Positions 37,428 to 47,244 of a stretch of DNA of 64,000 nt are shown here, piece by piece. The stretch is from NCBI GenBank assembly GCA_964417635.1, contig CAYQIY010000008.1, forward strand, positions 46,461 through 110,460. Reading direction: 5' to 3'. Numbering within the stretch: position 1 is the stretch's first letter; every line of letters starts with the position of its first letter. The position numbers were made by a program, and so were the translations under genes. Under the pieces are notes generated by a model. It had not been told where the DNA came from. It worked only from the letters and a program-made list of their open reading frames with translations, and ran no database searches. This stretch comes from an uncultured Pseudomonadota bacterium. GTDB taxonomy: Bacteria; Bacillota; Sulfobacillia; JAUYEF01.

Positions 37428-38255
37428 GTGCGGGTGTTTATCTCTTGCGATATAGAGGGTATTACAGGGGTTGTTGATTCGCAGTTGCAGACCAGCGAAA
37501 CAGGCAGAGACTATGAAAAGGCGAGACGTCTCATGACTATGGACGTTAACGCCGCGGTGCGAGGCGCCTTCTCCGGAGGAGCCGAATACGTGCTCGTCTC
37601 AGACGGACATGGAGCATCGCACATGCGTAACATCGTTCTCGAAGAGCTCGATTCTCGCGCCGAAGCTCTTGTAGGGGTTCCCAGATCACTGGGCCAGATG
37701 GAGGGAATCGCGCACGATTTTGACGTTGCGTTCTTCGTTGGTTACCACGCGCGCATGGGTGCTCATGGCATCTTGTCTCACACCATCTCAGGCCGTGTTG
37801 TTCGTAATGTGTGGGTCAACGACATCCTTGTTGGAGAGTGTGGCATAAACGCGCTCATAGCTGGCGCGTACGCTGTGCCGGTAGCACTTGTGACAGGAGA
37901 CCAGCACGTTACGGCGGAAGCCAAACAGATCCTACCCTGGGTAGATAGCGTGTGTGTCAAGCACGCCGTTACGAGGGAGTGCGCAAGGTGCAAACCGCCC
38001 GAAGTTACGTCCAAGCTTATTGAGCAAGCGGCTCGAGAGTGTGTCGAGAAAACGCGTGCCGGTTCGCACTACCATTGCTTTGAACTCGAACCTCCGATGT
38101 GCTACTCACTTGAGTTTATGACAAGCGGCCAGGCCGATGCTGCGTCAAGGATGCATGGCATAGAGCGTATCAGCGCTACCGTGTTCAGATTCAGCGCAAA
38201 AGACGCAGTGGAAGGATTTAGGCTTCTTAGAAGCCTGATAGCACTCGCCCAGTAG
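37428..38255 (+). CDS. D-aminopeptidase DppA family (peptidase M55)
   Basis: RVFISCDIEGITGV and GYHARMG are present. The GTG start at 37428 is 8 nt after GGGAGG. The longest ORF starts at 37383. Confidence 0.8.
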   Translation: MRVFISCDIEGITGVVDSQLQTSETGRDYEKARRLMTMDVNAAVRGAFSGGAEYVLVSDGHGASHMRNIVLEELDSRAEALVGVPRSLGQMEGIAHDFDVAFFVGYHARMGAHGILSHTISGRVVRNVWVNDILVGECGINALIAGAYAVPVALVTGDQHVTAEAKQILPWVDSVCVKHAVTRECARCKPPEVTSKLIEQAARECVEKTRAGSHYHCFELEPPMCYSLEFMTSGQADAASRMHGIERISATVFRFSAKDAVEGFRLLRSLIALAQ

Positions 38256-38335
38256 AACGCATTATTAGGCAGGAACCGAAGCGCTTTCTGTGCGTCAACT
38301 AGAGCGAGAAGCTCAGAAAAGGGGTCTTTCGACCA

Positions 38336-40609
38336 ATGTTGCACGCGCGAAAAGCGCTTTTTGGCTTTATACTGCTGTGCACTCTTGCTTATGGTTGTGC
38401 ACCCAAGAGTAATGCTGGCGAGATCGAGGTTTTGCTGCAGCGCGGACTACCAGAGTCAAGACATGCTGCGTACTCTCTTGGGCCGGATGAGAGTCTGGAC
38501 TACCCGCTCCGCAGACAACTCATAGCGCACCCGGCACCTGCAGAATCGCTGTTGCAGATGGCGGCTGAACCTCTTGAGTGGAGCGAAGCGCTCTTTTTGC
38601 TCGATCTCGCCTCGTCACTGCACACGTCCTCGGCGCGCAAGGTCGTGCTATGTTATGTGCGCCGCCAGCACGTTTCTTCTCCGGCGCTGTCTCGTGCGCT
38701 TGACAAGGCGTATCCAGAGGGTGAAGAAGATATGCTGCTAGCCGAAATGGCGCATACCACAGCCGAGATATTCTTCACCTGTTGTGCCTTTCTGAAACAG
38801 CGTGGCTTTCTCACGCGCCAGGCGGCCGAGCAAATCGCCTCAACACTTGACGACAGAGTATCTGACATGCAGAGCCTGCTCTACCTGTTGCGTGAGTTCG
38901 AGTGGTATGCACAGTTTCTGAAACAGCAGTACGCTTCGCTTGAGCGGGTGAGCACGAAAATGATGCTTCTCGATGCCATCTGCGATATGCACCACACCGA
39001 TTCTTGGGTACCCGAATGGCTTCTTCATATCTCTTTGGATGAACAAGAGCCCGCGATACATCAGCATGCTTTGTATCTACTTCACATGCTTGGAATGCCT
39101 GGAGCGGCCGAACGCCTGATGCTGCATATAGAGAGCAACGGTGTCGAGCAACTCAGCGCATCTCGCTGGAACTGGTCGAGTTTTAGAGAGTTCGTACAGC
39201 ACTATCCGGATGGATATCTCGCACGCGGCGTTCGGCAGTATGAACAGGCTACACAGCGGCCGTACTTCGGCATAGACCGTCTGGATGACCACGGCTTCTG
39301 GTATGAGACTTACGGTGATGCCAAGTATGAACCCGAGCGCGAGATTGAACGGTTGCAAGATTGGCTCGACGAATTCGACTCTCATCCCGGCTCGGATGAC
39401 GCGGCTTACAGGCTTGCACGCAATTACGAGTGCATCGGTGATTACAGTAACGCACTCGTGTGGCTATACCGCGCCACCACGCTTCCGGACGGGGATATGA
39501 AGTACCACGCACAGGGCAGACTGTGTTATCTAATGGATGCCAGAATCAACCTGCAGCGTTTGCTTCAGATGAGCCATGACGGTGATCTGAGCCCTGCTCT
39601 TAAGACGGCGATCGATTACTCGTCTGCGGTGAGACTTGCACGAGAAGCCGAGTTTGACGAAGCGTTGAGGTTACTGTATCAAGTGCTTGACACACGCCCA
39701 GCGCTGAAGACGCTGCTTGTTGCAGACTGCGGCTACCCAATCTGGGCTAGTATCGAATCTCAGGTGAAGGTGTTCGAACAGATTCGAGCACTTTTGGCAC
39801 ACGGAGCCTCCGATGATGATCTTTACGCTGCAGCCGCCCTTGTGTTCGGGGACGAACTCGTTTTCTACAACCACCTGTGGGCAGGCAACAGACAGGTGTT
39901 TTTCTGGACAGGTTACCTTAAGCACCATTTCTACGGCGAAGCCGAAGACTACCTTGAAGAGTACATCCGAGGTTTTAACAACTACGCCCAAGCCTACCGG
40001 ATGTTCAGCAGCGTTGCCGAGAGCGCACCACCTGATATTCGCGAGCGCGCGCTCTTTTCGATGGGGCGTTGCCTTGTGGCACTGGACGAGTATGCCGAAG
40101 AAGTGTACCTTGCGTATTCGCCTGCTGCTCTGCGGAACGAGATCATCGACTTGTTCAGCAGGTTCCGGGATGAATATCCTTCTAGCCAGATGGCTGACGA
40201 TGCTCTGCTTACGGCAGGCATATACTCACAAGATACAACGTTCTTTGAGACCATCTTGGAGCATTACCCCAAGAGCGATAGCGCACCCGAGGCCAAGAGA
40301 AGGCTCAAAACGGCCAAGAGTATCCGCAACTCGGTTACGCCCGTGCCTTTTTTGCTGATCACAGACATGCAGGATCTGCCTCTTCTGGTAAGAGAGCGAA
40401 GCGAGTCAGGCGAACAGGTTATCACGCACGCCGGATACGCTTACGTGGTTGAACCGCTCGTCGAAATGGGTCGCGTCTTCAGCGTATGGGTAGACGCGGT
40501 GAATCACACAATTACGTTGTTCACAGACGGCAATGCCGGAGCGGGTGAGTCGACTGCGGTGAGATTTATCTCGCCCGGTGCGGGATTTATACTCAGGATA
40601 GATCCCTGA
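38336..40609 (+). CDS. large (757 aa) predicted lipoprotein with TPR-like alpha-helical repeats, function unknown
   Basis: A signal peptide plus a lipobox-like LAYGC is present. The protein is Trp/Tyr- and acid-rich with helical-repeat segments (e.g. AAYRLARNYECIGDYSNALVWLYRA). No enzymatic motif was recognised. Confidence 0.5.
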   Translation: MLHARKALFGFILLCTLAYGCAPKSNAGEIEVLLQRGLPESRHAAYSLGPDESLDYPLRRQLIAHPAPAESLLQMAAEPLEWSEALFLLDLASSLHTSSARKVVLCYVRRQHVSSPALSRALDKAYPEGEEDMLLAEMAHTTAEIFFTCCAFLKQRGFLTRQAAEQIASTLDDRVSDMQSLLYLLREFEWYAQFLKQQYASLERVSTKMMLLDAICDMHHTDSWVPEWLLHISLDEQEPAIHQHALYLLHMLGMPGAAERLMLHIESNGVEQLSASRWNWSSFREFVQHYPDGYLARGVRQYEQATQRPYFGIDRLDDHGFWYETYGDAKYEPEREIERLQDWLDEFDSHPGSDDAAYRLARNYECIGDYSNALVWLYRATTLPDGDMKYHAQGRLCYLMDARINLQRLLQMSHDGDLSPALKTAIDYSSAVRLAREAEFDEALRLLYQVLDTRPALKTLLVADCGYPIWASIESQVKVFEQIRALLAHGASDDDLYAAAALVFGDELVFYNHLWAGNRQVFFWTGYLKHHFYGEAEDYLEEYIRGFNNYAQAYRMFSSVAESAPPDIRERALFSMGRCLVALDEYAEEVYLAYSPAALRNEIIDLFSRFRDEYPSSQMADDALLTAGIYSQDTTFFETILEHYPKSDSAPEAKRRLKTAKSIRNSVTPVPFLLITDMQDLPLLVRERSESGEQVITHAGYAYVVEPLVEMGRVFSVWVDAVNHTITLFTDGNAGAGESTAVRFISPGAGFILRIDP

Positions 40610-40637
40610 CATCGGATTCGGAGCAACGCTCTAGGAG

Positions 40638-40666
40638 TTGTTGACGCTCCGGGTTAGATGTATAAT
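40638..40666 (+). promoter_or_regulatory. sigma70-like promoter for the riboswitch-controlled operon
   Basis: The -35 is TTGTTG(AC), followed by a 17-nt spacer and a perfect TATAAT -10 at 40661-40666. Confidence 0.5.
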
Positions 40667-40667
40667 G

Positions 40668-40935
40668 GTACCTACAACAACATACCTGGGTACGGGTCCC
40701 ACAAGGGATAACAGGGAAGCCGGTGCAAATCCGGCGCGGTCCCGCCACTGTAACCGCGAAGGCCTCGCAAAAGCCACTTTCACGACGTGTGATGGGAAGG
40801 CGCGACAAGCCGATGACGCGGAAGCCAGGAGACCTACCCGTGTCCGCTGCTTCGCAGCCTGCCTTCGCGGAAGAGGACGGATGCTGTTCTTACGGATTAC
40901 TCACATCCTCAGCCCGAAGCTGGGGATTATTCTTT
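40668..40935 (+). ncRNA. cobalamin (adenosylcobalamin) riboswitch in the 5' leader of btuF
   Basis: The conserved core is AGGGAAGCCGGTGCAAATCCGGCGCGGTCCCGCCACTGTAACC, containing the B12 box GCCACTG. Further pairing regions follow, and a possible RBS-sequestering segment (CCTCAGCC ... GCTGGGG) lies before GGGAGG. Confidence 0.85.
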
Positions 40936-40950
40936 TGGGAGGTAGTTCGT

Positions 40951-41886
40951 TTGATCTCGAGTGCAAGGTCGAAGAACAACACGCTCTCTTTGCGGTCGTT
41001 GCTCGTACTCCTCTTGGTGCTGCTGGTATCGGGTTGTGGCAGACCCGCAGTTACCGAAGCCGAGCAACCGTTCGTGGTGGAGGATAGTTACGGGCGCACG
41101 CTAAGCCTCGCAAAGCCGCCCGAAAGGATCATATCTCTTGTGCCGTCTCACACCGAAATTCTGTTTGCGCTCGGACTCGGTTCTCGGGTTATCGGGGTGA
41201 CGGACTTCTGCGATTACCCCGAAGAAGCCAAGCAGAAGCAGTCCGTAGGAGGCTACGCCAATCCGTCTATCGAGAAGATAGTTTCGATGAAACCGGATCT
41301 GGTGCTTGCGGGCGAACAGCACAAGTCGGAAGTGGAGCAGCTGGAGCAGCTTGGCATAAACGTGGTTGCGTACACAGTAACAAGCGTGCGCGAAGTGCCT
41401 GAACTGATCGTGAAAGTGGGACAGGCCACACTCGTCGAGAGGGCGGCACGCGAACTTGCCGACGAAATCATCTCGCGTATCGAGCGAGTGCAAAGCAAGA
41501 CTCGAGATATACCCGAAGAGCAGAGACCGCTCGTGTACTACGAAGTGTGGAACGACCCAGTTCTTAGCGTGGGCCCTGGCAGTTTCATAGACGATCTTAT
41601 AACTCTTGCAGGCGGTAGGAATCTGGCTTTCGACGCGACAAGCGCGTATCCGGTGCTGAGCCTCGAACTGATAGTAAAGCGAGACCCAGACGTCATATTG
41701 TACGCGCACGGCCAGCAACGAGAGATAGAAATTGCCGAAAGACCTGGGTTTGGTGTGGTTAAGGCTGTCGCGACAGGCCGTATCATACATTTCGAGGACG
41801 AGAACATCTTTGTACGCTCGGGACCGCGAATAGCGCTCGCGCTTGAGCAGATGGCCGAAGTGCTACATCCAGATTTATTTAGATGA
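40951..41886 (+). CDS. btuF: periplasmic corrinoid/iron-siderophore ABC substrate-binding lipoprotein (BtuF-like)
   Basis: A TTG start at 40951 lies 8 nt after GGGAGG. A signal peptide with lipobox LVSGC is present. The PBP type 2 fold shows RIISLVPSHTEILFALGL ... KPDLVL. The longest ORF starts at 40723. Confidence 0.75.
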   Translation: MISSARSKNNTLSLRSLLVLLLVLLVSGCGRPAVTEAEQPFVVEDSYGRTLSLAKPPERIISLVPSHTEILFALGLGSRVIGVTDFCDYPEEAKQKQSVGGYANPSIEKIVSMKPDLVLAGEQHKSEVEQLEQLGINVVAYTVTSVREVPELIVKVGQATLVERAARELADEIISRIERVQSKTRDIPEEQRPLVYYEVWNDPVLSVGPGSFIDDLITLAGGRNLAFDATSAYPVLSLELIVKRDPDVILYAHGQQREIEIAERPGFGVVKAVATGRIIHFEDENIFVRSGPRIALALEQMAEVLHPDLFR

Positions 41887-41890
41887 GTAG

Positions 41891-42943
41891 GTGTGCTCGG
41901 TGAAGCACGAATCGCTGAAACGGCCGGCAAGGAAAGTTGTTCTAGGTGGCTTCGTGTTGTTGTTTGTCGTTGCAGTGTTGCTCGGTACATCGACAGGTGC
42001 TGCGCAGCTCAGTGCTCGCACCGTTGGAGCGATACTGCTTACAGCCGCAGGCGATTTCGGAATCGAACCCTGGTGGGATGAGCAGGACGAGGTTATCGTG
42101 TTTCAGCTGAGACTACCGCGTGTACTGCTTGCACTGCTTGTGGGTTCCACGTTGGCAGCTTCAGGAGCAGCGTTTCAGGCGCTTTTCCGAAATCCAATGG
42201 CAGACCCGTTTATACTGGGCGTCTCTCCGGGTGCGGCGCTCGGCGCCTCGATTGCCATGGTGCTCAGGCTCGATATACGACTCTTCGGGTTATCCCAGGT
42301 GCCGCTGTTTGCGTTCGGAGGCGGTTTGCTGACATCGCTCTTGGTGTATCAGGCGGCGCGCAGGCGCCAGGTGGTGCCCATTCAGTCGCTGCTGCTGACA
42401 GGTATAGCGGTTGGGTCGCTGCTATCTGCGCTTACTTCGCTTCTTATGGTGTTATCCCAAAAAGACATGCACCACGTGATGTTCTGGATAATGGGAGGGC
42501 TTTCGGGTAGAGGTTGGACACACGTGTATATGGTGCTCCCATACGCTCTGTTCGGCATCGTGCTCATATTGGGTTCAGCGCGCGACTTAAACCTCATTTT
42601 GCTCGGCGAAGAAGACGCTTTCCACCTTGGGCTGCGGGTCGAGAGCGCCAAGACGAAACTGCTGGTGGCGTCGTCTCTGGCGTGCGCGGCGGCCGTAGCC
42701 GCGGCCGGGGTTATAGGGTTTGTCGGGCTGCTGGTGCCTCACGCGGTGAGGCTTCTCACAGGGCCTGACCATCGATTCTTTCTACCTGTCACAGTGATAG
42801 CCGGTGGTACCACTCTTGCGCTTGCCGATGTGTTTGCGCGCACGCTGTTGCCCCCTCAGGAAGTGCCGCTTGGAGTGGTTACTGCGCTGATGGGCGCACC
42901 GGTCTTCCTGTACTTGCTCAGGAGGAGGAGCGGTTCAGAATGA
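41891..42943 (+). CDS. btuC: FecCD-family ABC transporter permease (BtuC-like)
   Basis: About 10 TM helices are present. The segment is GVSPGAALGASIAMVL ... LLTGIAVGSLLSALTSLLM. Confidence 0.85.
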   Translation: MCSVKHESLKRPARKVVLGGFVLLFVVAVLLGTSTGAAQLSARTVGAILLTAAGDFGIEPWWDEQDEVIVFQLRLPRVLLALLVGSTLAASGAAFQALFRNPMADPFILGVSPGAALGASIAMVLRLDIRLFGLSQVPLFAFGGGLLTSLLVYQAARRRQVVPIQSLLLTGIAVGSLLSALTSLLMVLSQKDMHHVMFWIMGGLSGRGWTHVYMVLPYALFGIVLILGSARDLNLILLGEEDAFHLGLRVESAKTKLLVASSLACAAAVAAAGVIGFVGLLVPHAVRLLTGPDHRFFLPVTVIAGGTTLALADVFARTLLPPQEVPLGVVTALMGAPVFLYLLRRRSGSE

Positions 42944-44193
42944 GCATAGGGGTCAGAGTTGATTGTGTGCGGTTTGAATACCCTGCGCGCGAAGTGCTGC
43001 GCGGGCTCAGTTTCGAGTGCGCAAAGGGCGAGTTTGTCGCGATTTTGGGACCGAACGGCTCCGGGAAGACGACACTTCTTAAGACAATAAGCGGCTATCT
43101 CGCGCCTTCTAAGGGAGCAGTCTATCTTGAAGAAAAGCAGCTCAACCTACTCGACACCGATGAAATAGCGCGTCGTCTGGCCGTGGTCATCCAGTCCCCT
43201 GTGTTTGAGTTCCCGTTTAGTGTAAGAGAGTACGTGCTCATGGGAAGGACGCCTCATCTCGGAAGGTTCCAGAAAGAGACACCCGATGACCATGCGAAGG
43301 CCATGCGAGCCATGCAGCAGACAGGTGTGGAGTCGCTTTCTGAAAGGTATGTAACTGAGCTGAGCGGCGGTGAGCAACGGCGTGCTGCTATTGCAAGGGC
43401 GCTCGCGCAAGAACCCAGGGTGCTGCTTCTCGATGAACCCACTTCGGGGCTTGACATAAACTACCAGGTGTCTGTGATGGCGCTCATGCAATCTTTGGCG
43501 CGTAGCCAGATGGCAGTCATCGCGGTGCTGCACGACATAAACCTGGCCTCACTCTACTGTGACAGCATCTTATTGATGAAGCAGGGCGATGTGTACGCGT
43601 TTGGCGAGCCCGCATCTGTAGTAACGTCAGATAACATACGTGACGTTTACGGCTCAGATATAGAGGTGTCAGTGAGCGCGCGTACCGGAAGGCCGTTCCT
43701 TCTTCCGGTTTCGCGAACCACCACCGAGCGTGCTGACGCACCGTTTGTGTTCGTGGTAGCAGGAGGCGGCAGCGCCACTTCTATTCTGCCGAGGCTTGCA
43801 GAAGCGGGGTTGCGGGTGGTATCCGGTGTGCTGAACGCAGGCGATGCGGACTGGTTTTCGTGTAAGACGTTGGGATTGTCTGTGGTCGAAGAGCAGCCTT
43901 TTTCGGCGGTGTCCGAAGATGCGTTCTACAGAGCGTGTGAGGTGCTTGAGCGGTGCGACACTCTTGTGCTTGCGCGTGTGCCCTTCGGCAACGGTAACCT
44001 GCTGAATATAGAACTGGCCAAGCGCGCGCTTGAGATGTCGAAGAAGGTGCTGGTGGTTGGGCTTAGCGACATAAGCTCTCGTGACTATACGGGCGGAAAG
44101 GCTGCAAAGATGATACATGATCTTGTGAACAGAGGTGCTGCGGTTGTGCACGACGAGCAGCAGCTCATAGAAGCGATCTGGGGGTGCCGCTGA
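42940..44193 (+). CDS. btuD: ABC transporter ATP-binding protein (BtuD/FecE-like) fused to a C-terminal ~150-aa Rossmann-like domain of unknown function
   Basis: Walker A is GPNGSGKTT. The ABC signature is LSGGEQRR. Walker B is LLLDEPTS, and the H-loop is present. The body of about 255 aa is followed by FVFVVAGGGSATSILPRLAEAGLRVV ... KKVLVVGLS. Confidence 0.8.
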   Translation: MSIGVRVDCVRFEYPAREVLRGLSFECAKGEFVAILGPNGSGKTTLLKTISGYLAPSKGAVYLEEKQLNLLDTDEIARRLAVVIQSPVFEFPFSVREYVLMGRTPHLGRFQKETPDDHAKAMRAMQQTGVESLSERYVTELSGGEQRRAAIARALAQEPRVLLLDEPTSGLDINYQVSVMALMQSLARSQMAVIAVLHDINLASLYCDSILLMKQGDVYAFGEPASVVTSDNIRDVYGSDIEVSVSARTGRPFLLPVSRTTTERADAPFVFVVAGGGSATSILPRLAEAGLRVVSGVLNAGDADWFSCKTLGLSVVEEQPFSAVSEDAFYRACEVLERCDTLVLARVPFGNGNLLNIELAKRALEMSKKVLVVGLSDISSRDYTGGKAAKMIHDLVNRGAAVVHDEQQLIEAIWGCR

Positions 44194-44747
44194 TGGGCAG
44201 GCGCGTTTTTGTCACAGGTGGAGCGAGGAGCGGCAAATCACGGTTTGCACAAGATATTGCGTGCCGGAGCAGTTATCCGGTGCTGTTTGTTGCGACTGCC
44301 GAGTCTCTTGACGACGAGATGAGCCGAAGAATTGCCAAGCACAGGCAGCACAGGCCTCGCGAGTGGGTCACGCTCGAGGCACCGAAGCGAATTGCATCTA
44401 ATATAGAGCAACACGTAGATGGCAGCATGACGGTGTTGGTCGACTGCCTTTCGCTTTATGTGTCGAACCTCTTGCTCGATAGCACTGCGGAGTGCAGCGA
44501 GGAGTGTGTCGAGCAAGCCATACTCAAAGACATATCCGACCTGCTCAGGTTGCTTGAGCGTGCGGCAGAAGCGGTTGTGGTCTCAAATGAAGTAGGCCTT
44601 TCGATCGTGCCCGAAAACGCTCTTGCCAGGTTATACAGAGATATCCTGGGGCGCGTGAATCAGGCAGTCGCGCTATGGGCGGATGAAGCCTATTTTGTGG
44701 TGTCAGGCATTCCCATGTCGCTGAAGGGGGGCACTATGCGCAGATGA
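44193..44747 (+). CDS. cobU: bifunctional adenosylcobinamide kinase / adenosylcobinamide-phosphate guanylyltransferase
   Basis: The P-loop is VTGGARSGKS. The protein is about 185 aa. The ATG at 44193 overlaps the btuD stop (ATGA). Confidence 0.85.
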   Translation: MGRRVFVTGGARSGKSRFAQDIACRSSYPVLFVATAESLDDEMSRRIAKHRQHRPREWVTLEAPKRIASNIEQHVDGSMTVLVDCLSLYVSNLLLDSTAECSEECVEQAILKDISDLLRLLERAAEAVVVSNEVGLSIVPENALARLYRDILGRVNQAVALWADEAYFVVSGIPMSLKGGTMRR

Positions 44748-46303
44748 GGCGAGCACGTACGCTGATGGTGCAAGGCACGTCGTCGCATGCTGGCAAGAGT
44801 CTGCTGGTAACAGGGCTCTGCCGAGTGTTTAAGCAAGATGGTCTGCGTGTGATGCCGTTTAAGTCGCAGAACATGTCGAACAACAGTGCTGTAACTCATG
44901 AAGGCGGAGAGATCGGTAGAGCGCAGTGGGTACAGGCTGAAGCCTGTGGCGTGGCTCCGAGCGTCATGATGAACCCTGTGCTCATCAAACCGAAGGCGGA
45001 TTCAAGGTCACAAGTGGTGCTGATGGGAAGGCCTTACGCAGATTTCGCGGCAAGAGAGTATGGACCCCAGTTTGCGATGCACCGCGCACTGCCCGAAATC
45101 CAAAAGTGTCTAGATGAACTCTCGGCGAAGTGTGATCTGATTATGTTAGAAGGTGCAGGCAGCCCTGCGGAGATAAACCTTAGAGAGCACGAGATTGTGA
45201 ATATGCGCATCGCCGAGATGGCCGACGCGCCTGTCATACTAGTTGGGGACATAGACAGAGGTGGTGTGTTCGCCCAGTTTGTCGGAACGCTTGAACTGCT
45301 CACCCCGGAAGAGAGGGCAAGGGTAAAGGGATTTATCATCAACAAGTTCAGAGGAGACAAGAGCCTGCTTCAGCCAGGGATCGAATTCTTAGAACGACGC
45401 ACGAATTTGCCTGTACTCGGCGTGATGCCGTACATACACGCACACCAGATTCCTGAAGAAGACGCGGTCAGCGTAGAGCAGCGGCAGCACGAGGTGCCCG
45501 ATTGGCACGAGCCGGGGCGAATAAGAGTTGCAGTTGTACGCCTGCCACGGATCTCGAATTTTACAGACTTTGATAGGCTGCGTGATGAGCCTGGGTTGGA
45601 CTTGTACTACGCGCAAACACCAAGAGACCTCGGCTATGCGGACATGATCATCCTGCCCGGCACAAAGAACAGCGTAGCCGACCTCACGTGGCTCAAGCAG
45701 ACGGGTCTGGCCGAAGAAATACGGTCATTGCGCGGTGTTGTGCCCATCTTAGGCATATGCGGCGGGTTTCAGATGCTGGGCAAGTGCATACACGATCCAG
45801 AAGCGCTTGAGGGTGAAGCAGGCACTCACGAAGCGCTGGGGCTCTTGGATGTGGAGACCTCTTTTGGACGAGCGAAGACCACGACTCTATCTTACGGAGA
45901 AGTGGTAACACCCACCGAACTGTTCCCGCAGGGCGTCACGGTACGCGGCTACGAGATTCACGCTGGCGTTACGACTAGGTTCGGACGCGCGCGTGCTTTC
46001 ATCAAGGTGCATCTGAGAGACGGCACACACGTGCCGGGCGGACTCGATGATGAGTGCGACGGTGCGGTAAACATATCCGGAGACGTGGTCGGAACCTATT
46101 TCCATGGGCTGCTGGATAACGACGAGATGTTCGCGGCGTTCATCGAAAGCCTGTTTTCGAGAAAAGCGCTCACACCTGTGCTCAATCGAGCCACTCGTGG
46201 ACCGGGTGGGCTTGCGGCGAGATGCGTGGCGTATGACAGGCTTGCGCAGAGTGTGCGCGAACACCTGGATATGGCGGAGATAAGGCGGATAGCCGGTATA
46301 TGA
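44744..46303 (+). CDS. cobQ: cobyric acid synthase (CobQ/CbiP)
   Basis: The N-terminal AAA_26/CobQ ATPase segment is MVQGTSSHAGKS. A C-terminal GATase1-like domain with an active-site Cys is present (GICGGFQMLG). Confidence 0.85.
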   Translation: MRRARTLMVQGTSSHAGKSLLVTGLCRVFKQDGLRVMPFKSQNMSNNSAVTHEGGEIGRAQWVQAEACGVAPSVMMNPVLIKPKADSRSQVVLMGRPYADFAAREYGPQFAMHRALPEIQKCLDELSAKCDLIMLEGAGSPAEINLREHEIVNMRIAEMADAPVILVGDIDRGGVFAQFVGTLELLTPEERARVKGFIINKFRGDKSLLQPGIEFLERRTNLPVLGVMPYIHAHQIPEEDAVSVEQRQHEVPDWHEPGRIRVAVVRLPRISNFTDFDRLRDEPGLDLYYAQTPRDLGYADMIILPGTKNSVADLTWLKQTGLAEEIRSLRGVVPILGICGGFQMLGKCIHDPEALEGEAGTHEALGLLDVETSFGRAKTTTLSYGEVVTPTELFPQGVTVRGYEIHAGVTTRFGRARAFIKVHLRDGTHVPGGLDDECDGAVNISGDVVGTYFHGLLDNDEMFAAFIESLFSRKALTPVLNRATRGPGGLAARCVAYDRLAQSVREHLDMAEIRRIAGI

Positions 46304-47232
46304 TACACCCGGTCTTGCTCGCTTTCGTGGTTGATCTTATTGTGGGTGACCCGGTGTTTTTTCCACACCCAGTCGCGCTGATTGCAAGAGCGGTGTCGTG
46401 GCTTGAGTCGAAGCTCAGGAAGCGCGCGAGCAAGCCAAGCGCGCAGATGCTTGGCGGCGGATTGCTTTGGTTTGTGGTTGTATCTGGCTCGTACTTAGTA
46501 ACGCACACGCTGATTAGCCTTGCCGCACGCCACAGCGTCTTGGCGTCGTACGCACTTGAGGTATGGCTCATTTCTACCACCGTAGCAGTGCGCGGGCTGC
46601 TTAAGGCTGGCTTACGCGTCAAGTCGTTCATAGAAAGCGGCGATCTTAAGGCCTCAAGACGTGCGGTGGCTGAAATCGTGGGGCGAGACACCCAGAACAT
46701 GAGCCAGACACAGGTTATGCGTGCGATGTTAGAGAGCGTTGCTGAAAACAGTGTGGACGGAATCATAGCACCGCTGTTTTATGCGGCGCTGGGCGGAGCT
46801 CCGCTTGCCATGGCGTACAGGGCTATCAATACGATGGACTCAATGTTGGGTCACAAAGACGCACACAACCTGCATTTCGGTAGGCCAAGCGCGAAACTTG
46901 ATGACCTTGCGAACTTCATCCCTGCCAGGCTGACGGGTGCTGCGATGTGTGTGGCGGCGTTCGTGTTGCGGCTTGACGCAAAGGCTGCTGTCTCGGCGTG
47001 GGTTTGCGATGCAAGAAAGCACCCCAGCCCCAACGCTGGCATACCCGAAGCGTGCGCCGCAGGCGCTCTCGGCATAAGGCTTGGAGGACTGAACTACTAC
47101 AGAGGGATTCCCGAGATGAGAGCATACATGGGTTCAGGCAGAACCGAGCTTCGCACGTCAGACGCAGACGCGCTGTTCAAGATGGTTATTCTCGCGTCAT
47201 GTCTTGTGCTTTTCGTGCTCGTGTTGATCTGA
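46300..47232 (+). CDS. cbiB: adenosylcobinamide-phosphate synthase (CbiB/CobD)
   Basis: LLAFVVDLIVGDPVFFPHPVALIARAV and the membrane topology match CbiB. Confidence 0.85.
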   Translation: MIHPVLLAFVVDLIVGDPVFFPHPVALIARAVSWLESKLRKRASKPSAQMLGGGLLWFVVVSGSYLVTHTLISLAARHSVLASYALEVWLISTTVAVRGLLKAGLRVKSFIESGDLKASRRAVAEIVGRDTQNMSQTQVMRAMLESVAENSVDGIIAPLFYAALGGAPLAMAYRAINTMDSMLGHKDAHNLHFGRPSAKLDDLANFIPARLTGAAMCVAAFVLRLDAKAAVSAWVCDARKHPSPNAGIPEACAAGALGIRLGGLNYYRGIPEMRAYMGSGRTELRTSDADALFKMVILASCLVLFVLVLI

Positions 47233-47244
47233 GGAGGAACCAAA

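Noticed and set aside
40638-41087. 149-aa plus-strand ORF starting inside the riboswitch
   Set aside because: It overlaps the structured cobalamin riboswitch and the real btuF start (TTG 40951 with RBS) in another frame. The Arg/Gly-rich translation is not protein-like.
46182-46766. 194-aa minus ORF across the cobQ/cbiB junction, and a similar 196-aa ORF at 47709-48299
   Set aside because: They are antisense to tightly coupled, confidently assigned cob genes. No independent signal supports them.
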